A stretch of DNA of 64,000 bases from Octopus sinensis (Eukaryota), in contig NC_043000.1 of the NCBI RefSeq assembly GCF_006345805.1, positions 155,620,001 through 155,684,000 of the forward strand. Reading direction: 5' to 3'. The notes below the pieces were generated by a model. That model was not told the DNA's origin. It did no database searches and saw only the letters and a list, made by a program, of their open reading frames with translations. The translations under genes were made by a program, and so were the position numbers. Of this stretch, positions 13,378 through 27,062 are shown in pieces (positions within the stretch are counted from its first letter, which is position 1; every line of letters begins with the position of its first letter).

Positions 13378-13543
13378 TTCAATTGTCTTTTCCATTGTCT
13401 CTTTCTCTACTCTTTACCTCGGACGTCATGTGTATACACACAGACACACGCACACACACATACACACACTCATTCCCACAGACACACATACACACACGCA
13501 CGCACGAACGCATACACACACACGTGCGCTCACACTCACTAAA

Positions 13544-13582
<39 letters not shown>

Positions 13583-13667
13583 TACATACTCATAGATATA
13601 CTCACATATACATATATACAGTCAAGCAAACATATGAACAAATACATTTATACCTGCATAGTGTCAA

Positions 13668-13995
13668 GTAAACGGATCTCACGTCGGTTTCGACGGTGAT
13701 TAATGTTTCAACAGTTCTTCGATCAACCTCTATACATTCTCAATGAGTTAGCATAGGAGTGGCTGAGTATTCCGTATAGATGTGCACCCTTATCACAATT
13801 CTCAAGTAGACATGATGTATGATAAAGCCGGCTGTTTGAATTACATGTCCGTCCAATGTGCTTCAACGCAGTTGCCGTCTACATGTTTTCAGTCGAAAGT
13901 TTTGGCCCACAATTGTTCAAGATACCACTCAGTGAATTCGAACCTAGAACTTTACGATTATGAAGTGACCTTCTTCACTACTCAGACATACCTCA
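13668..13995 (-). mobile_element. Old chimeric SINE: CORE-type head with the tail of the gtggaggcgc family
   Basis: Head and gtagacggcaactg match the CORE-type family. The tail (aagggtgcac...ggaatactcagccact...cgtcgaaaccgacg) matches the 24110/49104 family. Diverged. Confidence 0.55.
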
Positions 13996-14062
13996 CACAT
14001 ATAAAAATACGTACGTATATATAAACTGGATCTTTTAATCGAGATAATTTTCTATATGTATG

Positions 14063-14121
<59 letters not shown>

Positions 14122-14135
14122 TGTATGTGTGTGTA

Positions 14136-14195
<60 letters not shown>

Positions 14196-14508
14196 CACGC
14201 TCGTGTAAGATATTGTAAACGCTAACTTGGGACGGAAATAAAATAGGATCTACGACAGGCTCTGCAGTGGGACACAAACCTCGTTTCCGATCACAGCAGA
14301 GAACGTCTGACGTCAGTCAAGATAGAATTCATAAAAAGAAAAAAATATTCCATTGGTGCAGTACTAAGTGTCTTCTGGTGTTCGTTCCCCTACGAGCTGT
14401 TTCCCTATGCATAACATCATCCAATAGGAAGAAAACGAAGTAAAAAACATATATTTTTGTTTCTAAGTCGAGTAGAAATTAACCGTTTAGACAGATGAGC
14501 GCATGTGT

Positions 14509-15438
14509 GTCATTATTCAGTTAATTTCAAGATTTCTTGCCAATAGAGAAAGAACTGGTTTCTAACCTAGATCCAAGGTTCCTTCATTGGAATTTCAACA
14601 TCAGAAACAGGGTACTTTTGTATGTATGTATGTATGTATGTATGTATGTATGTATGTATGTATGTATGTATGTTTGCATGTATGTATGTATGTTTGTATG
14701 TATGTGCATATTTGTACGTTTTATGTATGCATTTTCATGCATAGAGTTGTATATCTAGAAATGCTCGTATATATTTAAACGATAAACTTCTGGAAAGTTT
14801 TACAGATTTTTACAGTTCCGGTGATGGACTGGATTTGTAGTACTCGAATTAGCTTTCTCCTTTCTGGTTTTGAGAAGCCTAATTTCTCAAGATTGCTATT
14901 TAGGCAGTGTGTTACATATCTCAGGACTCCAATAATTACAGGTATAAAGCTGAACTTGTAATTTGGATAGAGTAACTGCAGATTTCTCAATAGTTCAGCA
15001 TAGGTGTTCTCTTTTTCACTGATCTTCAGCTTTATGTTAACATCTGCTGCACAGCTAATTTCCACAATTTTGCACAGTTTCTCTTCTCTATCCCAAATCA
15101 TTACATCAGGTCTGTTGTCCTTACATTTTATTGAAGTCTTCACTGGTACATTCCACCAGTATTTCATTTATTATGAGTGGCTATGGCTTCCAACATATTC
15201 TGGGTTCTTATTCCTTTGTCTTCGGGATTATCCTTCCGACGGATTTCATTATAGTGTTCTAGCTACAGCATCATGTCTCATCGGTAGATAATACCGTGAT
15301 GGCATTTTCAGACAACTGCTTATGATGTGCGTGATAGCTTCAGTGTGAATTCCACAAAGTCTGCATTGGTTGTCACATTTTACGGCTTTTCCTGCATCTC
15401 TATCCCTTTTGTGCATCAGGTACTTGGTTGATATTTCC
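14509..15438 (-). mobile_element. R4/Dong-type RLE LINE, 5'-truncated, with (CATA)n inside its 3'UTR
   Basis: CCHC knuckle CRLCGIHTEAITHIISSC, RHDAVAR, endonuclease motif NRPDVMIWDREEKLCKIVEISC, stop at 14775. The 3'UTR contains (CATA)n at 14620-14710, then a unique tail at 14509-14619. Confidence 0.9.
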
Positions 15439-15919
15439 TATGTATGTATGTATGTATGTATGTATGTATGTATGTATGTATGTATGTATGTATGTATGTT
15501 GTATGTATACATGTATGTATGTATGTATGTATGTATGTATGTATGTATTTCATAGATGAGAATCAGATAGTCTCTGTATAGAATACACTTAGTAATGCAC
15601 AAGAGATTTAAACTTGAACGGATGTAGAAGTAAATGTAGAGGTAAGCAAGATAGACAGATCAATATACAAAGTATATTAAATACATGAAATACAAAAGAA
15701 ATGTATACATATGTTTATATTCAAAAAGGTCCGATTTACACAGAAAAGAAATGCTATCAAGAATTAATGGAGATGAAAAAATTATTGCAAATCCAACTGC
15801 TATTTCTTCAACCACTTTAATTCTCGATATAATTTCTATTCTGTGTAAGTCGGACCTTTTTCATCTATTTAATATACATTATATATTGACCTATCTAACA
15901 TACTTATCCTTACATTTCC

Positions 15920-15950
15920 TTCTATATGTGTAAGTATGTATGTATGTATG

Positions 15951-15981
<31 letters not shown>

Positions 15982-16073
15982 GTATGTACGTATGTATGTA
16001 TGTATGTATGGATGGATGGATGGATGGATGATGGATGGATGGATGGATGGATTGATAGATAGATAGATAGATC

Positions 16074-16129
<56 letters not shown>

Positions 16130-16144
16130 TATAGAGAGATAGAG

Positions 16145-16208
<64 letters not shown>

Positions 16209-16209
16209 A

Positions 16210-16287
<78 letters not shown>

Positions 16288-16290
16288 TTT
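15920..16290. repeat. Compound (TATG)n-(GATG)n-(GATA)n microsatellite
   Basis: Direct reading. Confidence 0.95.
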
Positions 16291-18514
16291 AAAGTGAATT
16301 CGAATAGTCTTGCATACAACTAGCTTGACTGCTTTCCACTTCTGTTAGCAGAATATCAGATAACATGTTTACACGAAGGAACGTTTGATAGAACAGGAAA
16401 AGAAGCTACATGATAGAATAGTAGATAGGCAGATGAACAGAGAGATAGACTGGCGAACGGGGGGAATATCTCAAAAATGTCAGGCAGAGTATAATAATTA
16501 GTGTCAGTATTTTGTGAAGGAGTAGAGACAACTTAGTGAGTGCTAACATATCTCATGTAGATTGCAAAAAAACATTTCAATTAATTAAATTGCCGTTGCT
16601 TTGAGGTGAGCGGAGTATTTTCAACTTAATAAGCAATGTTAGTGAAATCTTGTCAACGCAAGGAGTCGACGACTACGAAATTTTAATTAAATGAAATAGG
16701 AAATACGTGTGTAATGCGAATATGAAAGCATTAGCATAAGCGCGATGTTTTTATACCTTTATCCTTTTATACCTTTATCCGAACGTCAATCTATAATTAA
16801 TTAATTAAAATTTCCGTGATGTCACCCTTGTGTTTTTTTCCAGAATTAATTTACTTTGGTCAATAAACCAAAGTTTGCCTTTCCCTATTACAACGAAGGT
16901 GTTAATTTACAGGAATGTTTTTGATCACTCGATTCAACTATTGCTTTTCAGGTAAATGGTGTCCCTATGAATTTTCCGACAGAAAATTTAACCTTCCATT
17001 AGTTCTTACTTGTTTTAGCTTTCTCATTATATTTAGGGGTCGAATCATTTTGACCTCCTTTTTTTTTCTTTGTTTCAAACAATGCTTTCTGCATGTATGG
17101 CAGCAACTTTTGCAGGCCACAAGTGTATATAAAAGCAGAAGACTCGACTGAATTTTCTCCGGCATATGAATGGTTATCAATTTATCTATATAGAAGAATA
17201 GCGGCAGAAACAAACACGATAGAACTGAAATTCGAATATACAGAATGCCATAAGACATTCTGATTATCATTCAATCATCAATTAAATGACACGTTTCTTC
17301 TTTTAAGCACTTGGTATCCAAGACAACATTACACCAGTTAATCTTCTATGAAGCTTAGCCTTTTTTTTTAATGAGCGAAAATAAAAGTGTATTAATCAAG
17401 ACTTCCCGTACAGTGGATATAAGAAAACATTAGCTGAATTCTCGAAGGGTGTACATTGTAAGTAGAGCAGTTTGGAGTACTTTGAAATCCCAGTTAATGT
17501 GATGAGGGGAGGAAAACATAAGTACAAAAACTAATTCAATCGAATCTATAACAATTTCAGATTTATTTAGTCTCCAAGTCGAAGCATAGCTCTTTTTCTT
17601 TTCGTATTTGGCAGACCAATGTTAATAGTGTTGCTATATAGATGTGCAATAATATACACAAGTTGGTGTGACAGCACATGTTGGCTGAGAGAAATTACCC
17701 AGGGGCACCGTACGCCTGCAAACTAATACTTAAAACGGTGCCAACATAATGTAGCGAAGAAGGCAATTTTAATTAATCAACCCCGCCCCGCCTACAATGA
17801 GAAGATGAAACACGTATCTTGTCAACATAATTGTTTTATTTATTACTCTAATAACACCTTATTACTATTATGACAACTTTTAAATTGGTAATTTGTTCCT
17901 TTGCCATAGAAGCCTAACTTAAGAGACTTGTCAAGAAAGTGATCATAGCACAATTGAATATCAACACACGCCATGGTCGTTTATCTTCACTACAAATATA
18001 ATTTATAGGATATAACAACGTCAGATGACTTGCTTTGAGAGATCAGTCGGAAGCTTATCCCTTCTGTTCAATCGATTACACTCTTATCTGTGTCATCCTG
18101 TGAAAAATACAATGTCAATTTCACCAGTAGTTGACTTGTGATCTGTCCAGAGAATTTAACTCTCTAACGTTCATAAAAAGGGAGATAAACATCAGCTCTG
18201 AAAGCTCTCCAAAAGCTGAGATGCCATTAGAAGGAAAATAGAGCTTAATGGGAAGGAAACAGTAGATTCGAGAAAATATTTTGCTATACTTATGTGTTAT
18301 CTTCTGTGTTCAGATTCCATCGAAATAGATATCAGTCCCACAAGGTTCGATTTAGATGATCGATTAGCACAATCACGGGAGCGCTGGAAAAATAACTTAT
18401 GGCAATTGCTCCTAAATTTGCTTTCTGAGTTTGCAATCTCGCCAAGGTCAACTTTGCATTTCATCATCCTGATTAAATATAGTACTTGTAAGCACTCGAT
18501 TTGATGTCTCTACC

Positions 18515-18578
<64 letters not shown>

Positions 18579-18795
18579 TCTATCTATCTTCAAGTATCAC
18601 TTGAAAAGGAAAGTGAGAGTAGAGAGGCAAGTTTTGTCTAGTGAATGTTTTAAAAAAAGATGGGTGAATGTAGCAAGGATGGCACGTATGAATGACGAAG
18701 CCACCTTGACTATGATTCTATGAACCGTAAAAATTAATACAGAGAGTTGCTTATTTTCAAAAAGAAAAAAAAGAAATATAACATGTGACTTCATT

Positions 18796-19067
18796 GACCA
18801 AGGTTATCGTGGTCTTTTCCGTAGGCTTTTCTTTCCACGGGTAAACCTCACCTGTCCTCCCCTTTACACTTCATATTGACATTTTCTGTGATAACGATCC
18901 CTATTGATCAATTTTTTTCCTTTCCCTTCCCCCCCTTTTTGTCCTCTTTCTTTCCTTTTACGATCCCTTTTAATCGAAAACCAAACCCCCTTTTTTACCC
19001 CCAAAAGAAAAGCTCCACCTTGTAATTTGTCCTGTCTGTGTGCAGCCCTGTGCGGCTAATAAAGAAA
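18796..19067 (+). mobile_element. Probable Tx1/L1-type LINE 3'UTR fragment
   Basis: Pyrimidine-rich UTR ending aaagctccaccttgtaatttgtcc...gccctgtgcggctaataaagaaa, then microsatellite. The terminus resembles SINE tail A. Confidence 0.5.
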
Positions 19068-19940
19068 CATATCTATCTATCTATCTATCTGGCTAGCTAG
19101 CTAGCTGTCTGTTTGTTTGTTTATCCATCTATAAATATGTCTCTTGACATCTATCTATCACTCTCTTACAAACGGTTACACTGCAAGAAACTTATAGAGG
19201 ACTACTACCCACAGTGTCCATTTACCTCAAAGAAACAGAATAGATTTGAGGGAAGTCTAGTAAACATTTCCCATCAAGCAAGCGATAAAAACCCGTCCAA
19301 AGACATTCATTGATGACGTGTGTGGTCGAACCGGTGTTCTGTGCTGCATAGAACACTTTAAAAGTGCTATTAAAATCTTCATATTCAAACACACAAATGT
19401 ACTGATATCGACTGCATCGATTATATCTATTCTCAATAAACGCATGACCTTTACTACAACAATTTAAAAAAATCAACCTTATTTCATCTATGAAACAGAT
19501 CTATTCACAGTTAAAAGTATTTCGTAAATAATACAACGTATGATTGTGTGAAAACCAAAATGTTTCATTTTCCGTTTCCCACTAAAATTATTTAAGCTTA
19601 TTATTACGGATTTTATAAAAGGTGGCGAGGTGGCAGAATCGTTGAGCCGCTGCACACACCCTCGTCAGCGGCATTTCGTCCGCCTCTACGTTCTACATTC
19701 AAATTCAACTGAGGTTGACGTTATATTTTAACTTCCCATGGTCGATAAAGTAAGTACCAGTCGATGAAATCGACTACACACACCACCAAATTTCAGACCG
19801 GAAATTATTGATATCATTATTGCCTTTAGACCACAGGCGACATTGGTTTTCATCATTAAACTGATGAAATGGCAATACGATAGTATTCGTGTCAACTTCC
19901 CTTGCAGGTTTTGATTTTTAGTACAGTAGAATACAGTATT

Positions 19941-20254
19941 GAGTGGAGGCGCAATGGCCCAGTGGTTAGAGCAGTAGACTCGCGGTCGGAGGATCGCTGT
20001 TTCGATTCCCAGACCGGGCGTTGTGTGTGTTTATTGAGCGAAAACACCTAAAGCTCCACGAGGCTGCGGCAGGGGAGAGGACGACCCCTATTGTACTCTT
20101 TCGCCACAATTTTCTCTCACTCTCTCTTCCTGCTTCTTGAGTAACGCTGCGATGGACTGGCGTCCCGTCCAGCTGGGGGGAACACATACACCACAGAAAC
20201 CAAGAAACCGGGCCCATGATCCTGGCTAGGCTTGAAAAGGGCGACGTTTATCGT
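19941..20254 (+). mobile_element. tRNA-derived SINE (gtggaggcgc head) with V-domain-like 3' part
   Basis: A/B boxes; gctgcgatggactggcgtcccgtccag resembles the V-SINE domain; 14-bp TSD tagaatacagtatt (19927-19940 / 20255-20268). Confidence 0.85.
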
Positions 20255-21321
20255 TAGAATACAGTATTAAATTGCCTGGCAGCTTTGCGTCATAAGTTCA
20301 AATCCCATTGATATTGACTATCGATTTCATTGACCGAGAGTCGATAAAATAAATACCAGTCGCGTCTTAAGGTCTATCTTGGAATATTTCACTTTACATA
20401 CGCCAATAAACGAAATCGTTATTACTTTATAATCGGTAGCCTTGTATGCTGTATAGAACCGACCACAAAATATCTTCGTTCAGCTGCACAAGGTTAAAAT
20501 TTCTCGTTGATCGATAGTTCACTTCAACCCTCAGTATTCGATCAATGAATTTACTATGGATAATTTTATAGACTGTAAAAAAAGAATCACCACCACCCCT
20601 CCCGCCTGACAAAATTCGCGTAGTGCTTATGAAAAACAGACATGATTATTTATCATAATAGTTTTCTTTAATTTCGTCCTGTGAGACAGGAAAATATCTA
20701 TAATCAAGAGAATGACTGGCAGATTCATTTAAGAAAAGTGGCATTCTGTATACATTAATATACTTCAAATTGTTAAGCACAACCGTTAACGGGTCCCGCG
20801 AGTTTTTTTTCTTTTTTTTTTTTTACAACTTAAGGGAGAGCATTTATTTTTCAAAGTGACCTAATTTGTCACCTATTTCTCATTCTCTGACACAGACAGA
20901 CACATACTCTTCTCCTTACACTGTCGAGAAACACACACACACACACATAAAGCACACAGACACGCATATACAGACGTTTACACACGTTTACACTGAGAAG
21001 CATAAACAGATTTGTGAATAGATATATACACACTCATCTACATACACACACACATATATATATATATATATAAAACATATGCATACACACAAACACACTC
21101 ACATATACACACATGTACACACTCTCGACTTGCAAACAAGAGGAGTAATTAATTACATACAGTTGGGTTATTTTTATGAGACCGTTGATTCACTCCGAGT
21201 ACCAAATAAATAAACAATCGACCTTGCGCGCGCGTTTCTGTGTTGTAAAAGGAAATCGTAATGAAGTATTTTATTCTTAGAGGCCTGACATAGCATCCTT
21301 TGAACTTGTCATACACACAAG

Positions 21322-21371
<50 letters not shown>

Positions 21372-21393
21372 CACACACACATACACACACATA

Positions 21394-22899
21394 TCTTGCT
21401 TGTTCTTGCTTGACGATGACCACGGGAGAAGGGACGGGGAACGGTGTGTCCAGCCGTGGCCGATCAGTCCGATGCGTGCTCGGAAGGCTCTGCCGCAGGT
21501 CGGGTGTTGGTGGTTTTCGGGACTGAAGGCAAAGAGTTGGCTCTGTACTTGTACAGTTCGCGCTTTCTTTGTGCCCCTTCAATCCTGTTCTGTTCGTAGG
21601 AAGTGGTACCTCTGTTGGTGCAGCTTCGCCAAACAGGGTAATCCTGCCATTGTGTTTTCGAAGTGTCGGGATTGATCTCAAAGCTCTTGATGTGGCTAAG
21701 AACATCATACTCTGCAGAGTAGGTGCGAGTACACGTCCCTGTTTGTCTCCGATAGTAATTAGGAATGCGTCAGAAGAATCTCATTTCTCAGTGAGGACTG
21801 TGACAGCAAGTTGAGCTAACTAGACGTGGGTAAAAAGGGAGCATAAGAGGACTGGTGTACAGCGTTGCACTCACTCATCTGAACAAGAACGCGCGTAGAC
21901 ATCAAGACGGCGACAACGATGAGGAAATCTAGATGTTGCTTGATGACAAGCATGAAGGCTACAGAGTCCCTCTGCAAAACAGCATATCGGCTTCCAAAAA
22001 TGCAGCCTATAATGCTACCAAAAGCAAGGTGCGGGTCAAGCTCAGAGACATTAGCGATCCCTGATACAGCAACAAGGCGGACGAGATACAGAAGTATGCT
22101 GACAGCAACAACTCCAAGCGCTTCTACATGATGCCCTGAAAGCCATCTCCGGGCCACAGTCCTCTGGAACATCACCACTTGTCAGTGCTGACGGGACCAC
22201 TCTCCTCACTGACGAAAACGCGGTCCTCGAAAGGCGGACAGAGCACTTCAATAACGTCTTGAACAAACCTTTCTCTATCCACGCTGAAGCCATCGCTCAA
22301 ATGTCCCAAGCTGACATCAACATTTCTCTGGCAGCGCCTCCAACGGAAGCAAAGGTCCAGAAAGCAATTACGGCTCTCTCAAACAGCAAAGCACCAGGCT
22401 CTGACTTCATCCCAGCTGAAACAAACGATGCAGGGGATCAGTCTTGACACAGACGCTCACCGATCTCTTTCAGATCATATGGTGCAGGAGGTTGTTCTTC
22501 AGAAGTTCAAGGGCGCTTCTATTGTCTATCTTTACAAGAGAAAGGGAAACAGGCAGTCTTGTGACAACTGCCGAAGAATTTCTCTCTTTTTCATCGCTGG
22601 CAAGCTACTCGCGAGAGTCCTCTTTAATCGCAAATTTCAGCACACGGAAAACAGGCATCTGCCAGAGAGTCAGTATGGTTTCTGAGAGGGCCGTGGGACA
22701 ATCGATGTGATCTTTATCACACGTCAACTTCAGGAGAAGTGCCAGGAACAGAACAAGGACCTATACACGATATTTGCACATCTAACGAAGGCATTTGACA
22801 CCGAAAGTCGAAGGGATTTAGAAGATCATGGCAAGCCCGGATAAATTCCTCTGTATGTTGCGACGGTTGCACGATGGCGTATTTGCTCGAATACTGGAT
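21394..22899 (-). mobile_element. RTE (BovB-like) LINE with inverted 5' segment
   Basis: Minus 21785->21394: GDSSDAFLITIGDKQGRVLAPTL, a deletion, C-terminal TCGRAFRARIGLIGHGWTH and tail. Plus ~21790-22899: ADEIQKYAD..KRFYDALK, KAPGSDFIPAE, LPESQYGF, QLQEKCQEQNKDL..F..LTKAFD, LHDGVFARILD. Confidence 0.9.
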
Positions 22900-23240
22900 A
22901 TATAAGTATGTGTGTGTGTTTCTATACACATATATGCGTTATATACACATATATATAAAGGCACACATATACATAAATATACATTTAGATAGATAGGTAA
23001 ATAGATAGATAGATAGACAGACAGGTAGATAGATTGATAGATAGACAATTACATAGATATGTATAGCTTTTAAATTTTATGATCGTCTTAGTATATGTAT
23101 ATGTGTCCGTTTTGTGTTCTATGCATATACATACACATACATATCTATCTATGTATCTCTCACCCCCCTCTGCTTCTGTCTCTCTCGCTCAATCTATCCA
23201 CCTATCTCTCTCTTTCTCTATCTACCTATCTATCTATCTA

Positions 23241-23303
<63 letters not shown>

Positions 23304-24109
23304 AGCTATCAATCTACATACATACATATATATATACAGAGAGAGAGGGAGAGAGAGAGAGAAAGCGAGAGAGAGATAGTATACAAGATAGATACTGGAG
23401 ACGCTTAATACTCGTGTGAACAGTCTCGCTAAGGCGGTGCGTGTTCACACCAATTTACTTGACCTTGTCAAGCATAAACTCGTTAACCTTTATTGATTAC
23501 CAATATTAGTAGAAAGTCTCCATCGATTAAACTATATGAACGAAGACGTATAATTTCTCTCGAAGTCAACGGGCGAATTTCTATATAGTCGCTCGAAAAT
23601 AACAACCAGCTTTCCTCCATATCACACCCTACTGTCTTTGAATGAGAAGGAAATTTTGTCTAATACACACTGTTTTGAAAAGCAGTAATGGAACCACTTT
23701 CCATTGTACATCTGTTTCTTAACTGTGACAACAACTGTAATATATCGAGGATAATGTCTACTGATTTGTTCTTTTTATGAATTTCAGATATTGCCATATA
23801 TCACATTTTATTTATATTTAAGAACGTTATATTGGCAACGTCTCATGTGTTGAATGGGATTTAGAAATATTGAGTTGTTTGAATTAAGTTTAGAGTCTTT
23901 CTAAATCGTTACTAAAATTGCCCTTTAACTATAACCAAGACATCAAACTTCCACTGGCTTGAATCGCTTTAGTGTAAACAAATATCATAAGTGAGTGCAT
24001 CTGTTTGGATGTCAACTCCACATGGCAACAGGCTGCGAGCTGATAAAGTCAACGGTTCGTATCTTTTAACCCGTCCTACACCGCATCTAGGTAGAAATAG
24101 TGTTGTAGA

Positions 24110-24494
24110 GTGGTGGAAGCACTCCATCGGTTACGACGACGAGGGTTCCGGTTGATCCGATCAACGGAACAGCCTGCTCGTGAAATTAACGTGTAAGTGG
24201 CTGAGCACTCCACAGACATGTGTACCCTTAACGCAGTTCTCGGGGATATTCAGCGTGACACAGAGAGTGACAAGGCCGGCCCTTTGAAATACAGGTACAA
24301 CAGAAACAGGAAGTAAGAGTGAGAGAAAGTTGTGGTGAAAGAGTACAGCAGGGATCACCACCATCCCTGCCGGAGCCTCGTGGAGCTTTAGGTGTTTTCG
24401 CTCAATAAACACTCACAACACCCGGTCTGGGAATCGAAACCGCGATCCTATGACCGCGAGTCCGCTGCCCTAACCACTGGGCCATTGCGCCTCC
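24110..24494 (-). mobile_element. tRNA-derived SINE (gtggaggcgc head, long tail), full length
   Basis: Near-identical to 49104-49488; 11-bp TSD agtgttgtaga (24099-24109 / 24495-24505). Confidence 0.92.
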
Positions 24495-24977
24495 AGTGTT
24501 GTAGAATTGCATAGTGGAATGTCGACTTCGGTTTATTCCATAATAAAACTCACCTGAAATAGTGTCCATCTACTTAACAGTATAGTAAACGTATTTATGC
24601 CCCGCTTCGCCAAATCCTTGGAGATATGAGATATATCTCCAAGGATTTTGTTAAAAGATTGCCTTACATTCTCTAAATATGAACATGAGTATAGAATATT
24701 TTCTCCAATATCATTTCCAAACTTTAGAAAAACACGACGAATCCTCAAGAGTTCAATTTCCTCGTAATATCATTTCATGGTCGTGTAACATATACAGAGA
24801 GTTGTTTATGTCGGTATGTAATAATTTCAAGGCCGATTGCGAATTTACATATACCTGGAAGGTGTGAGACAGAGTGAATATGAAATACCGAAGGGAACTG
24901 AAACAGCTATCAGATTTCTGGTTTGGGGTTAAGCACTGGATTATATTTTCAGCCTTGTATTTGAGATGAATTCAGAA

Positions 24978-25180
24978 TCGTTTGCACACTGGACGAAATG
25001 CTTAGCGCTATTTCGCTCGTCGCTAGGTTCTGAGTTCAAATTACGTCGACTTTGCCTTTCATCCTTTTGGGAACGATAAATTATCTACCAATGAAACACT
25101 AGGGTCGACGTAATCGGCTAGTCTCCTCCCCAAAAGTTCAGGCCTTGTGCCTATAGTAGAAAGAGTTATTATTATCATCA

Positions 25181-25247
<67 letters not shown>

Positions 25248-25303
25248 TGTTGTTATTGTTGTTGTTGTTGTTGTTGTTATTATTATTTTTATTATTATTA
25301 TTA

Positions 25304-25391
<88 letters not shown>

Positions 25392-25392
25392 C
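24978..25392 (+). mobile_element. Nin/Deu-like SINE (tail B, 5'-degraded) followed by ~225 bp (ATT)n
   Basis: Body and tail ctcccccaaaagttcaggccttgtgcctatagtagaaag run straight into the ATT array. Confidence 0.8.
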
Positions 25393-25716
25393 AGTTTTGT
25401 GTCACTTGTCTGTGTCTCTGGATTCGACATCTAATGCCGTTTAGTACTTCTTTTAAGATGTTGTGCTCTTTGCGTTAAAAACTATGTTTTGAGATGAATT
25501 ACAACGAATATATTGAAATTCTGAGATGGCAAGAGACGTAACGAAAATTTAAATATACACCATTCCTTGAAAGATTCATTAGTTTCATTGGCGAGTATAG
25601 GATGAAAAACAAACTCCTCTGTGTACCAAGCTTTTTAGAGGCAAATTTTATGCAAAAACTCTATACTACACAGACAATCTGTAGCACTACTATAAGGACA
25701 CGGTAGGTTAATTAGA

Positions 25717-25936
25717 ATTGGCGGCGAGCTGGCAGAAACGTTAGCACGCCGGGCGAAATGCGTAACCGTATTTCGTCTGCCGTTACGTTCTGAGTTCAAA
25801 TTCCGCCGAGGTCGACTTTGCCTTTCATCCTTTCCGGGTCGATAAATTAAGTACCAGTTACGCACTGGGGTCGATTTAATCGACTTAATCCGTCTGTCTG
25901 TCCTTATTTGTTCCCTCTGTGTGTAGTAAAGAAATA
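25717..25936 (+). mobile_element. Nin/Deu-like SINE, tail A, full length
   Basis: 15-bp TSD ggtaggttaattaga (25702-25716 / 25937-25951). Confidence 0.93.
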
Positions 25937-26484
25937 GGTAGGTTAATTAGACTTGCCGGAAAAACATCCCGCTGCCCCCATTCTTTCTGCGTAAATAAAA
26001 GGATAACATTAAATATCTATACCTAATATTTATGCCTTTTGATTTTTGTTTCTGGAATTTATTCTTAGGTTTAAGAATGAAAATCCTATTACATAAACTT
26101 TTTACAGATCTTAATCAATAGGTTGCAGTTATGGTGTGATACCGTCTTCAAGGGTTTTAGTTGATTATATCGATCCGAATACATTTTAGTCTGCTACACA
26201 TTTTATCGATTCCTGCTAACCGATTAGTTATTATATAATTTTATGTCATGGGACACGGCAGTTTTTGCAAGAGCACATAAAAACACCCTCTTGCGTGCAG
26301 GTTTGGTAGAACAAAACACAATAAAAAGAGTTCATTTCTTCATCAGTGCCATACATGTAACTCTCGGCACTTGAGAAATGTTAAAAATAATATGTATGCA
26401 TATGCAAGCGATGTAAATTTTGAGAACCATTTTGAGTATGGGACATTTGTAAATTCTGTGAATGTGTACATATAATTAATTGAC

Positions 26485-26890
26485 TACTCTTTTACTCTTT
26501 TACTTGTTTCAGTCATTTGACTGCGGTCATGCTGGAGCACCGCCTTTAGTCGAGCAAATCAACCGTGGGACTTATTTTTTGTAAGCCCAGTACTTATTCT
26601 ATCGGTCTCTTTTGCCGAACCGCTAAATGGCGGGGACATAAGCACACCAGCATCGGTTGTCAAGCAATGCTAGCTGGACAAACACACACACACAAACATA
26701 CACGCACACACACATATATATATACATATATACGACAGGCTTCTTTCAGTTTCCGTCTACCAAATCCACTCACAAGGCTTTGGTTGGCCCGAGGCTATAG
26801 CAAAAGACACTTGCCCAAGATGCCACGCAGTGGACTGAACCCGGAACCATGTGGTTGGTTAGCAAGCTACTTACCACAGAGCCACTCCTG
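26485..26890 (-). mobile_element. CORE-type tRNA SINE with internal (CA)/(TA) microsatellite
   Basis: Head gtggctgtgtggtaagtagcttg...gggttcagtcccactgcgtggca, core cttgggcaagtgtc, tail tgactgaaacaagtaaaagagta. Confidence 0.9.
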
Positions 26891-27062
26891 ATTATTTGTA
26901 AAGTAAGTAGGTCATACATTTTGGGAACGAAAAGTCGATCACATTGACTGGTATTTAATTCGTTGATTATAGCATGATTTGAACTCAATAAGTGGAGAAA
27001 TAAATTAATTCCACAAATGTTTTAGCTCAACACTTTAACGATGCTGTCATCTATTGTAAAAA

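Noticed and set aside
15549-15720. Possible continuation of the R4-type ORF beyond the (TATG)n array
   Set aside because: The upstream sequence is AT-rich and lacks the expected conserved residues; treated as a 5' truncation at 15438.
19941-20020. tRNA-like sequences here and at other SINE heads
   Set aside because: They are SINE promoters continuing into SINE bodies with TSDs; no complete cloverleaf.
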